Shown here: piece after piece, positions 9,712-18,453 of the stretch
How positions within the stretch are numbered: position 1 is the stretch's first letter
How the letters are laid out: every line of letters begins with the position of its first letter
Assembly (NCBI GenBank): GCA_965204725.1
Contig: OZ242005.1
Coordinates: 2,048,001-2,112,000, forward strand
Reading direction: 5' to 3'
Length of the DNA: 64,000 nucleotides
Source of the DNA: Candidatus Latescibacterota bacterium
Lineage (GTDB): Bacteria; Latescibacterota; UBA2968; UBA8231
Notes under the pieces: model-generated
Databases searched by the model: none
Seen by the model: only the letters and a program-made list of their open reading frames with translations
Told to the model about the DNA's origin: nothing
Position numbers and translations under genes: made by a program

Positions 9712-11273
9712 TGTCCGCCGAATACGCCACCCCGGGCACGGTGTACATCGTCGGGGCCGGCCCCGGCGACCCCGGCCTGCTCACCCTCAAGGGGCTGCGC
9801 TACCTGCGCGAGGCCGACGTCGTCCTCTACGACGACCTCCTCGACAGCCGCTTGCTCGACCTAGTGCCCAGCACGTGCGAGCCAATCGCGGTCGGCAAAC
9901 GAGGCGGCCGCAAAAGCCCCTCCCAAGACGCGATTCACGCGCTCCTCATCAACCGCGCCCGTCAAGGCCATGTCGTCGTCCGTCTCAAAGGCGGCGATCC
10001 CTTCATCTTCGGGCGCGGCGGCGAAGAGGCGCTGCACCTGCGCCGCGCCGGCATTCCCTTTGAAATCGTCTCCGGCGTCTCCGCGGCGTCTGGCGTCTTG
10101 GCCTACGCCGGCATTCCCCTGACCCATCGCGGCATGGCCTCGGCCGCGCTGCTGGTCACCGGCAACGAGGACCCAGCCAAGCCCGTCGGTGCCATCAACT
10201 GGAATCAGCTAGCGGCCTTTAGCGGCACCCTCGTCATCTTCATGGCCGTCCGCCAGCTCGCCCGTATATGCGAGCAGCTCGTCGCTCGGGGCCGGCCGGC
10301 CTCAACGCCAGCGGCGGCCATCGAATGGGGCACTTGGCCCGACCAGCGCACGGTCGTCGCCGATCTCCAACATCTGCCGGCCCGCGCCGTGGCCCAGCAA
10401 CTTCGCTCGCCGGCCCTCATTGCGGTCGGGCCTGTCGTCGCGCTGCGCCAAGAACTCAACTGGTTTGAGAGCAAGCCGCTCTTTGGCCGCCGCCTGCTAG
10501 TCACTCGCAGCCGCGAACAGGCCGGCTCCCTTCAGCAACGCCTCGAAGCCGAAGGGGCGGCCGTATCGACGCTCCCCCTCCTGCACATCGGCCCACCCGA
10601 CGACTGGACGGCGGTGGATGCGGCCCAAGATCGGCTGGCGAACACGGCTTGGGTCGTTTTCACCAGCCCCAACAGCGTGTCCTTTTTCTGCGACCGGCTC
10701 TACCATCGCGGCCTCGACGCCCGGGCTTTTGCCCACACGCGCGTCGCGGCCGTCGGCTTGGCTACGGCCGCGGCCCTGCGCCAACAGGGCTTAGTCCCCG
10801 ACCTCGTGCCGCCGAGTCAATCGCAGGCCGCGCTCGCGAGTGCCTTTGCCGCCTTCGAGGTGGCCGGGCAAGCGATCCTCTTGCCGGCCTCTTCCATTGG
10901 CCGCCCCGAGCTCGCCGACGCGCTCGCAGCACGCGGTGCCCAAGTTCACCACCTAACGACGTACGTAAATCGCCTACCCGACCAAGTCGAGCTCCCGGCC
11001 GTGCTAGCCGAGAACAAACTCCACCTCATCGTCTTTGCCAGCCCCTCTAGCGTCCACAATTTTCATCGGGTCCTAGGGGCAAAACGCGCGGAGGCCGCTT
11101 TGACCCGCACCCACATCGCCTGCATGGGCCCGACCACGGCCGCGGCCGTACGCCAGCTCGGGTTTGCCGTTCACGTCCAGCCCAGCGAAAGCAGTATCCC
11201 CGCTCTCGTCCAAGCCATCAGCGCCTTCTACGCTTCTACGCCCCGTGAAGACCTACCCCGCCCGCTGACCTAG
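9711..11273 (+). CDS. cobA: Bifunctional uroporphyrinogen-III C-methyltransferase / uroporphyrinogen-III synthase
   Basis: VGAGPGDPGLLTLKG and RLKGGDPFIFGRGGEE, then a HemD domain (LVTRSREQA, VFTSPNSV); ATG overlaps the hemC TGA, so the real start is 9711, not 8994. Confidence 0.93.
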   Translation: MSAEYATPGTVYIVGAGPGDPGLLTLKGLRYLREADVVLYDDLLDSRLLDLVPSTCEPIAVGKRGGRKSPSQDAIHALLINRARQGHVVVRLKGGDPFIFGRGGEEALHLRRAGIPFEIVSGVSAASGVLAYAGIPLTHRGMASAALLVTGNEDPAKPVGAINWNQLAAFSGTLVIFMAVRQLARICEQLVARGRPASTPAAAIEWGTWPDQRTVVADLQHLPARAVAQQLRSPALIAVGPVVALRQELNWFESKPLFGRRLLVTRSREQAGSLQQRLEAEGAAVSTLPLLHIGPPDDWTAVDAAQDRLANTAWVVFTSPNSVSFFCDRLYHRGLDARAFAHTRVAAVGLATAAALRQQGLVPDLVPPSQSQAALASAFAAFEVAGQAILLPASSIGRPELADALAARGAQVHHLTTYVNRLPDQVELPAVLAENKLHLIVFASPSSVHNFHRVLGAKRAEAALTRTHIACMGPTTAAAVRQLGFAVHVQPSESSIPALVQAISAFYASTPREDLPRPLT

Positions 11274-11387
11274 GCCTAGCCCACTTTTCCGGTGGACGAA
11301 ATCGCGCACCTGTTTGCCTAAAGCCGGTTATCTTGACATCGACGCCGAGCGCTAGCTACTTTCCCTCCTGTACTCAGAGGACGGTCC

Positions 11388-12539
11388 ATGCCCTTCCAAA
11401 CCCACTTTGACTTTCGCCATCCCACCCGCATCGTCCACGGCCCCGGGTCTATCGCCTGCTTGGCGGATTGCTTCTCATCGGCCGACAAGGTCCTCATCGT
11501 CTCCGATCAGGTCTTGGGGGAAATCGGCACGGTGGAAGCGGTCGTCGCGGCCCTCGGCGACATTCCCCATGCCGTCTATCTCAAAGACGGTTTGAGCGAG
11601 CCGACCCAAGAGGCGGTCGCAGCCGGGGCCGAGATCTACCGCCAAAAACGCTGCACCGCCCTCATTGGCCTCGGCGGCGGCTCCCCCATGGACGTAGCCA
11701 AGATGATCGGCGTACTCGCGTCCAACGACGGCTGCATCACCCACTATTTAGGCCGCGGAAAAGTCGCAAACGACCTGCCCTATCTCGCTTGCGTCCCCAC
11801 GACCTACGGCACCGCCAGCGAAGTCACGCCCTTTGCCGTGCTGGACAATCCCGCCAGCGGCAACAAAGACCCGGTCATTAGCTGGAAAATCGCGCCCCAA
11901 ATCGGCGTCCTCGACCCCGACCTATCGGTCGCCCTGCCCGCCTCCATCGGCGCGGCTACGGGCATGGACGCCCTGACCCACGCGCTCGAATCCTATATCA
12001 ATTTGGCGGCCACGCCCCTCACCGAAGGGCTCGCGCTGCACGCCATCCGCCTCATTGGCGACAACCTGCGCCTCGCCTGTGCCAACGAGTACTCGCTAGC
12101 CGCCACCGAAAACATGCTCATCGCCAGCATGCTGGCGGGCGTCGCCTTTTCGCAAACGCGCCTCGGCAATGTCCACGCCATGTCCCATCCGGTCGGCGCC
12201 CACTACCACGTGCATCACGGGCTGCTCAACGCCATCTTGCTGCCCTATGTCATGGAGTTCAATTGGTTCGCCTGCCCCGGCAAATTCGCCGCCATCGCCG
12301 AGGCCCTCGGCGAACCCATCGCCGGGTTGAGCCAACGCCAAGCCGCGCAGGCGGCCATCGCCGCGGTGCGCCACCTCAACGCCGACTTAGGCATCCCGCC
12401 CAAGCTAGGCGAGGTCGGCGTTGACACGGCCCGCATTGGCGCTATGGCGCAGGCGGCCATGCAGAGCGGCAACATCGCCGTCAACCCGCGCAAGACCAGC
12501 CAGCGCGACCTCGAATTCTTATTTCAACAAGCCATTTAG
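11388..12539 (+). CDS. Iron-containing alcohol dehydrogenase family protein
   Basis: GLGGGSPMDVAK, PTTYGTASEVT, GMDALTHALE, HAMSH...HHG metal ligands. Confidence 0.9.
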   Translation: MPFQTHFDFRHPTRIVHGPGSIACLADCFSSADKVLIVSDQVLGEIGTVEAVVAALGDIPHAVYLKDGLSEPTQEAVAAGAEIYRQKRCTALIGLGGGSPMDVAKMIGVLASNDGCITHYLGRGKVANDLPYLACVPTTYGTASEVTPFAVLDNPASGNKDPVISWKIAPQIGVLDPDLSVALPASIGAATGMDALTHALESYINLAATPLTEGLALHAIRLIGDNLRLACANEYSLAATENMLIASMLAGVAFSQTRLGNVHAMSHPVGAHYHVHHGLLNAILLPYVMEFNWFACPGKFAAIAEALGEPIAGLSQRQAAQAAIAAVRHLNADLGIPPKLGEVGVDTARIGAMAQAAMQSGNIAVNPRKTSQRDLEFLFQQAI

Positions 12540-12556
12540 CATTTAGGAGGTACACC

Positions 12557-13816
12557 ATGTCTCTGCCCCGTCTGTTCCGCGTCCGCCAGCTTTTTTCCGC
12601 ACCCACGGTCGAGGACATCCCCGCAGCCGTGCGCACCGAGGTCCAGCGCCTCGACTTAGGTTCCAAAGTCAACCCCGGCGAGACCATCGCCATCTCGGTC
12701 GGCAGCCGCGGCATTGCCAACATCGCGCTGGTGATCAAAAGCCTCGTGACCGAGTTCAAGGCCCTCGGGCTTCAGCCCTTCCTCGTCCCGGCCATGGGCA
12801 GCCACGGCGGCGGCATAGCCGAGGCGCAACAGGCCATTATCGAAGGCTACGGCGTCACCGAGGAGTACACCGGCGCGCCCATTAAGGCGTCGATGGAAAC
12901 CGTACAGGTGGGGGCTACTGAGGACGGCGTTCCCGTCTTTTTCGACCAACACGCCTTTGCGGCGGATCACGTAGCCGTCGTCGGCCGCGTCAAGCCGCAC
13001 ACCGACTTTGTCGGCGAAATCGAAAGCGGCCTGCACAAGATGATGCTCATCGGCTTGGGCAAGCACAAAGGCGCGGCCCTGTACCATCAAGCCATTGTCC
13101 ACTACAGTTTCGACCGCATCGTCCGCTCAGTAGGCCAAACCGTCATCGACCGCTGCGGAGTGCTCATGGGGCTGGCCCTCGTCGAAAACCAGTACGACCA
13201 AACCGCGCTCATCAAGGGCGTGGGGGCCGACGAGTTCGTGGAGCGCGAAAAGGAATTGCTCGTCCTCGCCAAGCAATGGATGCCGCGCCTGCCCTTCGAC
13301 GAAGTCGATCTGCTCATCGTCGATGCAATCGGCAAAAACATCTCCGGGGCCGGCATGGATACCAACGTCGTCGGCCGCAAGTTCCACGACAACCACGCGG
13401 CCGACAAGGAGTACCCCAAAGTAACCCGCATCCTAGTCCGCAGCCTGACCGCGGAGACCCACGGCAACGCCTCGGGCATCGGCACGGCCGAATACGCGCA
13501 CCAGCGCGCCATCGAGCAGATGGACCGCGAGATTACTTACGTCAACTGCATGACCGGCAATCACCCCTCGGGCGCCCACATTCCGCTCTACTTCGACACC
13601 GATCGCATCTGCATTGAAAAGGCCCTAGAGACCGTCGGCCTAGTCGAGCCTGAAAACGCCAAGGTCCTGCGCATCCACAACACCCTCGCGCTGGGCGAGC
13701 TGCTCGTCTCAGAAGCCTATCGCTCCGAGCTCGAGCAGCGCGAGGACTTGGAAATCCTCGCCGAGGCCGAAGAAATGCCCTTCGACGAAAACGGCGACTT
13801 GCCACTTACCTTCTAG
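12557..13816 (+). CDS. Lactate racemase (LarA/DUF2088)-like protein
   Basis: GSRGIANI, PAMGSHGG, RVKPHTDF, GLGKHKGA, GKNISGAGMDTNV typical of this family. Confidence 0.7.
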   Translation: MSLPRLFRVRQLFSAPTVEDIPAAVRTEVQRLDLGSKVNPGETIAISVGSRGIANIALVIKSLVTEFKALGLQPFLVPAMGSHGGGIAEAQQAIIEGYGVTEEYTGAPIKASMETVQVGATEDGVPVFFDQHAFAADHVAVVGRVKPHTDFVGEIESGLHKMMLIGLGKHKGAALYHQAIVHYSFDRIVRSVGQTVIDRCGVLMGLALVENQYDQTALIKGVGADEFVEREKELLVLAKQWMPRLPFDEVDLLIVDAIGKNISGAGMDTNVVGRKFHDNHAADKEYPKVTRILVRSLTAETHGNASGIGTAEYAHQRAIEQMDREITYVNCMTGNHPSGAHIPLYFDTDRICIEKALETVGLVEPENAKVLRIHNTLALGELLVSEAYRSELEQREDLEILAEAEEMPFDENGDLPLTF

Positions 13817-13949
13817 TACATGGCCCAGAAATCCCGAGGCGTGGAGCAGTACTTATGGACCAACTATGAGCCGGAAGTACAAAAAGAGAGGCTTTTCCTC
13901 GCCTTGAGACAAGCGGCTGAAAGCGACGAGTGAACGGCTAGGACCTATC

Positions 13950-15530
13950 ATGCGCTTCTTTTGTACTGCCGGTCCCGTCCGCAGTGAAGATCACTACTGT
14001 TTGTCGCCGCTGACGCGCTTGGTGCTCAGCGAGGTGTTGGCGCTTATAGACCAACAGAAGTACTTCGTGCTACACGCGCCACGGCAGACGGGAAAGACGA
14101 CCTGCCTGCTCGCCCTGACGGAATACCTCAATCGCACCGGAAAGTACCACGCGCTCTATTGCAATGTGGAACTGGCGCAAGCGGCGCGTGAGGATGTTCA
14201 ACGGGGGACGCGGGCGATTTTTGGCGAAATGGCTTCTCGGGCGCGCGATTTTCTCAACGATCCATTCTTGTTTGATCACCAGCAATCCTTGTTTGAACAG
14301 TTTGGCCCCGACGGCGTCCTCAACGCCGCAATCACCGGGTGGTCGAAAGCAAGCGCAAAGCCGGTTATCCTGTTGATTGATGAAATAGACGCGCTCGTTG
14401 GCGACGTGCTGATTTCGGTGCTGCGACAGTTGCGAGCCGGATACGACAAGCGTCCGCAACACTTTCCCCAAAGCATCGTTCTCTGCGGCGTACGCGATGT
14501 CCGAGATTATCGCATGCACTCCACGCAAGAAAAGGCCATCATCACCGGCGGCAGCGCATTCAACATCAAAGCCGAATCCCTGCGCCTAGAAAACTTCCAG
14601 CACCGGGAAATTGCAACGCTAGTACGCCAACATACAGATGAGACCGGCCAAGCCTTTGCGGACGACGCCTTGGAACAGATTTGGGACCTCACCCGCGGCC
14701 AGCCGTGGTTGGTCAACGCGCTCTGTTACGAAGTCTGCTTCAAGGCCACAGAAGGCCGCGACCGCGCTCGGCCCATTACCGCTGCAATGATGGAGACAGC
14801 TAAGGAGCAAATCGTGCGACGCCGCGAGACCCACATCGATCAATTGGTCGATAAACTTGCTGAGCACCGAGTGCAAAACGCGATCGAGCCGATCTTGGCG
14901 GGCATTGAAGGCACGGCCCTGATTCCGACCGATGATATTCTCTACGTGCGCGACCTAGGACTCATTCGGACGGACGAAGGTCAACTGAAAATCGCCAATC
15001 GCATCTACCAAGAAGTGATTCCACGCGAACTGACCTTTAGCACCGAGTTGACCTTTGCCCATCAACCCACGTGGTATATCCAAGCCGACGGTCGGCTCGA
15101 CCTAGACGCTCTCATTGCCGCCTTCCAACAATTCTTCCGCGAACACTCGGCGAGTTGGCTGGAACGCTTCAGCTACAAGGAGGCAGGGCCTCACCTGTTG
15201 ATGCAGGCATTCTTGCAGCGGATCGTCAACAGCGGCGGCCGAGTTGAGCGAGAGTACGGGCTGGGACGCAAACGAACGGATTTGCTGGTCGTCTGGCCCT
15301 ACAAAGGCAGGGTACAAAAGGCGGTAATCGAACTGAAAATTCTGTATGGTTCCCGGCAAAAAACGGTCGCTGAAGGGCTGGAGCAAACCCGCGACTACAT
15401 GGATCTATGCGCGACCGACGAAGGGCATTTGCTCATTTTTGACCGCGATGCAAACAAGGCGTGGTCGGAGAAAGTATTCCGGCATACCGAACCGTGTCGC
15501 GGTGCAACCATAACCATCTGGGGAATGTGA
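13950..15530 (+). CDS. AAA ATPase with C-terminal PD-(D/E)XK nuclease-like domain
   Basis: Walker A APRQTGKTT, Walker B LLIDEID; C-terminal EREYGLGRKRTDL...VIELK. Confidence 0.8.
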   Translation: MRFFCTAGPVRSEDHYCLSPLTRLVLSEVLALIDQQKYFVLHAPRQTGKTTCLLALTEYLNRTGKYHALYCNVELAQAAREDVQRGTRAIFGEMASRARDFLNDPFLFDHQQSLFEQFGPDGVLNAAITGWSKASAKPVILLIDEIDALVGDVLISVLRQLRAGYDKRPQHFPQSIVLCGVRDVRDYRMHSTQEKAIITGGSAFNIKAESLRLENFQHREIATLVRQHTDETGQAFADDALEQIWDLTRGQPWLVNALCYEVCFKATEGRDRARPITAAMMETAKEQIVRRRETHIDQLVDKLAEHRVQNAIEPILAGIEGTALIPTDDILYVRDLGLIRTDEGQLKIANRIYQEVIPRELTFSTELTFAHQPTWYIQADGRLDLDALIAAFQQFFREHSASWLERFSYKEAGPHLLMQAFLQRIVNSGGRVEREYGLGRKRTDLLVVWPYKGRVQKAVIELKILYGSRQKTVAEGLEQTRDYMDLCATDEGHLLIFDRDANKAWSEKVFRHTEPCRGATITIWGM

Positions 15531-15538
15531 AACTTGCT

Positions 15539-16639
15539 ATGCCTGACGCTACCGAACACATCGGCATGACCCGCGACGCCATCGACACCCCCGTCCTCTT
15601 GGTCGATCTCGACGCGCTCGAATACAACATCGCCCGGCTCGCCGAGCACTTCCGCACAGCGGGCAAAAACCTCCGGCCGCACACCAAGTCGCACAAAACC
15701 CCGGCCATCGCCCATCTCCAGCTCGCGGCCGGCGCCCAAGGGATCACCTGCGCCAAGGTCGGAGAGGCCGAGGTCATGGCCGACGCCGGCATCCAAGACA
15801 TCCTCATTGCCAACGAAGTCGTAGGCCGCCGCAAGATCGAGCGTCTCATGGCACTGGCCGCTCGTTGCGACATCATGGTCGCGGTCGATAACCCGCAAAA
15901 CCTCGCCGACCTCCACGAGGCCGCCCGCGCCTACAAGGTTTGCCCCCGCGTCCTCGTGGAGGTCAACATCGGCCACAACCGCTGCGGCGTCGCGCCTACC
16001 GCCGCCGTTGATCTCGCCCGCGCAGCTTCCCAAGCACCCCATCTCCGCTTCTGCGGCCTGATGGGGTACGAAGGCCACATCATCGATCTCGAAGACCAAG
16101 AGGCTCGTGACGAGGGGGCCCGCACCTGCCTCCAACGCCTCGTCGAGGCCCGCGACGTAGTGGAACGCGCCGGCCTCGACTGCCCAATTTGCAGCGCCTC
16201 GGGCACGGGCGATTACTACGTCAGCACTTCCTTCGACGGCATTACCGAGGTCCAAGCGGGCTCGTACGCGCTGATGGACGCGGCGTACGCCAAGCTCGGC
16301 TTGGGCTTCAAAAACGCCCTCAGCGTACTAACCACCGTTACCAGCCGCCCCGCGCCCGAGCAGGTCATCACCGACGCCGGCCTAAAGAGCCTGACGCCCG
16401 AGCACGGCTTCCCCCTCGTCAAGGACCGCCCCGACCTAACATGCCATGCCCTGTCGGAAGAACACGGCCGCCTCAAGAGTGTATCCGGCCCCTGCACCGA
16501 TCTCCGCCCCGGCGACCTGCTCGAATTTATCCCCGGCCACGGCTGCACGACCGTCAATCTCCACGACGCCCTCTACGCGCTGCGAGCGGGTCGCCTAGAG
16601 GCGATCTGGCAAGTCGCGGGCCGCGGCAAAGTCCGCTAG
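15539..16639 (+). CDS. DSD1-family PLP enzyme (D-threonine aldolase / D-serine dehydratase-like)
   Basis: DTPVLLVD, RPHTKSHK (PLP Lys), GYEGH, QAGSY, DAGLK, SEEHG, PGHGC. Confidence 0.88.
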   Translation: MPDATEHIGMTRDAIDTPVLLVDLDALEYNIARLAEHFRTAGKNLRPHTKSHKTPAIAHLQLAAGAQGITCAKVGEAEVMADAGIQDILIANEVVGRRKIERLMALAARCDIMVAVDNPQNLADLHEAARAYKVCPRVLVEVNIGHNRCGVAPTAAVDLARAASQAPHLRFCGLMGYEGHIIDLEDQEARDEGARTCLQRLVEARDVVERAGLDCPICSASGTGDYYVSTSFDGITEVQAGSYALMDAAYAKLGLGFKNALSVLTTVTSRPAPEQVITDAGLKSLTPEHGFPLVKDRPDLTCHALSEEHGRLKSVSGPCTDLRPGDLLEFIPGHGCTTVNLHDALYALRAGRLEAIWQVAGRGKVR

Positions 16640-16661
16640 GCCCTGCGGAGCCGCGGTGCTC

Positions 16662-16684
16662 AGTTGCCCTCGGTTGGGGCAACT
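16662..16684 (+). terminator. Hairpin after the DSD1-family gene (possible terminator or stabiliser)
   Basis: AGTTGCCCT-CGGTT-GGGGCAACT, 9-bp stem followed by an AT-rich stretch. Confidence 0.4.
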
Positions 16685-16744
16685 ACTAAATTATTTAGCC
16701 AATGGTCATGGCAACGCCCAGACCACGGTCAACCTTCTAGCACC

Positions 16745-18439
16745 ATGGGTCGCCTTTTAGCGGCCCCCTACACAAAGACCCCTAGCTTGATCGCACCTAC
16801 CGACGCCGCGCTCGTCTCCCGCTGGCAGCGCGAAACCGCTCCCCTCTTGCCGCTCCTGCACGCTTTCCACGACCGCGATGGCTATGTGTCGGAAGAGGCC
16901 CTCAAGGCCGTATCAACGGGCCTGAAAATCCCGCTGGCCGAGCTTTTTGCCACCGTCACCTTTTACCACCACTTCGCCCGCCAAGACCCCGGACAAAGTG
17001 CCCCGCGCGTCTGCACCGGCCCGATATGCGCCCTGCGCGGAGCCGAGGCACTCTGCGCCCGCCTCGCCGACGCCACCCCCATGGCGTGTGCCGGCCGCTG
17101 CGACGACCCCATTCCGGTCATCAAAGGCCATCAAGTGCTGGTCGGAACCGACGCGGAAGCCCTCGCGCCCGGCCCCTCGCCTCGGCCCGTACCCAATCCC
17201 GGTGGCTACGAGGAATGCGTCTTTGCCGACATCCGCGCTCCCGGCCGCGCCACCCTGTCCGGCTATCGCCAAAGCGGTGGATACCAAGCACTCCAACAAG
17301 CCCTCGCCGGAAAACCAGCCGATCTAGTCGCTCTCATTGCCGATAGCCAGCTCGCGGGCCGGGGCGGGGCGGGCTTTCCCACCGGCCAAAAGTGGCAGGC
17401 CGTCGCCGAGGCCCCGGGCGAGCCCAAAACCGTCGTCTGCAACGCCGACGAAGGCGAGCCGGGCTGCTTTAAGGACCGCGCCCTCCTCGAATGGGATCCA
17501 CAAGCGGTCATCGAAGGCATGCTCCTAGCTGCGTACGCCACCAGCGCGACCCGCGCCTTTATCTATCTGCGCTACGAATACCCGGAAATCCTCGCCATCC
17601 TCGCCGAGGCACTGGCCGAGGCCCGCGCCGCCAACCTAATCGGCCCGCACATCCTCGGCAGCGACTTCTCCTGTACGATCCACATCCGCCGCGGCGCGGG
17701 CGCGTACATCTGCGGCGAGGAAGGCTCTTTGCTCAACAGCCTCGAAGGCAAACACCCCTATCCGCGCAATCGCCCCCCCTTCCCAGTAACGCACGGTTTT
17801 GAAAACTTGCCCACGGCCGTCAACAACGTCGAAACCTTGGCCTCAGTGCCCCAAATCGTGCGGCGCGGGGCCGCGTGGTATCGCTCGCTCGGCCTCAACG
17901 GTCGCCCGGGCACCAAGGTCATCAGCCTCTCGGGCGATGTGCAGCGGCCGGGCAACTACGAAGTCCCTTTTGGCCTGCCCCTCCACACCTTGCTCCACGA
18001 GTGGGCTGGCGGGCCGGGGCCAAGCCGCCAGATTCAGGCCGTGACCATGGCCGGCCTTTCCGGGGGATTTCTCGCCGGCGAAGCGCTCGACGTCACCCTC
18101 GACGAACCGGCGATCCGCGCCCGCGGCTCCATGCTCGGCGCCGGCGGCATCATGGCCTTTGACGACCGCCGCGACATGGTAGATATTGCCCGCCGAGCTA
18201 TGGCCTTTTTTGCCGAAGAGTCCTGCGGCAAGTGCTTCCCCTGCCGCATCGGCACCCAGCGGCTGACCGAGCGGCTCGCCGGCCAAGGGCCGACCGACCT
18301 AGCCGCTTGGCGCGCCGAAGTAACCGACATCGGCGACGTCATGAAAGCCACCAGCGCCTGCGGCCTCGGCATGGCCGCCCCCTTTATCACCGACAGCCTC
18401 CTCAAATACTTTCCCGACCAAGTGCGCGTCTGCGCCTGA
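16745..18439 (+). CDS. NAD-linked formate dehydrogenase diaphorase subunit (short NuoE-like domain fused to NuoF-like domain); start uncertain (16745 or 16787)
   Basis: CTGPIC/CAGRC (2Fe-2S-like), GRGGAGFPTG.KW, CNADEGEPGCFKDR, GAGAYICGEE, ESCGKCFPCRIG...CGLG. Confidence 0.85.
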   Translation: MGRLLAAPYTKTPSLIAPTDAALVSRWQRETAPLLPLLHAFHDRDGYVSEEALKAVSTGLKIPLAELFATVTFYHHFARQDPGQSAPRVCTGPICALRGAEALCARLADATPMACAGRCDDPIPVIKGHQVLVGTDAEALAPGPSPRPVPNPGGYEECVFADIRAPGRATLSGYRQSGGYQALQQALAGKPADLVALIADSQLAGRGGAGFPTGQKWQAVAEAPGEPKTVVCNADEGEPGCFKDRALLEWDPQAVIEGMLLAAYATSATRAFIYLRYEYPEILAILAEALAEARAANLIGPHILGSDFSCTIHIRRGAGAYICGEEGSLLNSLEGKHPYPRNRPPFPVTHGFENLPTAVNNVETLASVPQIVRRGAAWYRSLGLNGRPGTKVISLSGDVQRPGNYEVPFGLPLHTLLHEWAGGPGPSRQIQAVTMAGLSGGFLAGEALDVTLDEPAIRARGSMLGAGGIMAFDDRRDMVDIARRAMAFFAEESCGKCFPCRIGTQRLTERLAGQGPTDLAAWRAEVTDIGDVMKATSACGLGMAAPFITDSLLKYFPDQVRVCA

Positions 18440-18453
18440 ACGAGAGCCTTACC

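Noticed and set aside
13820-13933. 37-aa ORF MAQKSRGVEQYLW... before the AAA gene
   Set aside because: No RBS or recognisable motif; may be a gene remnant but cannot be supported
16685-16790. Riboswitch upstream of the FDH operon
   Set aside because: Only short hairpins and a CTAAAT-T-ATTTAG palindrome; no aptamer consensus recognised
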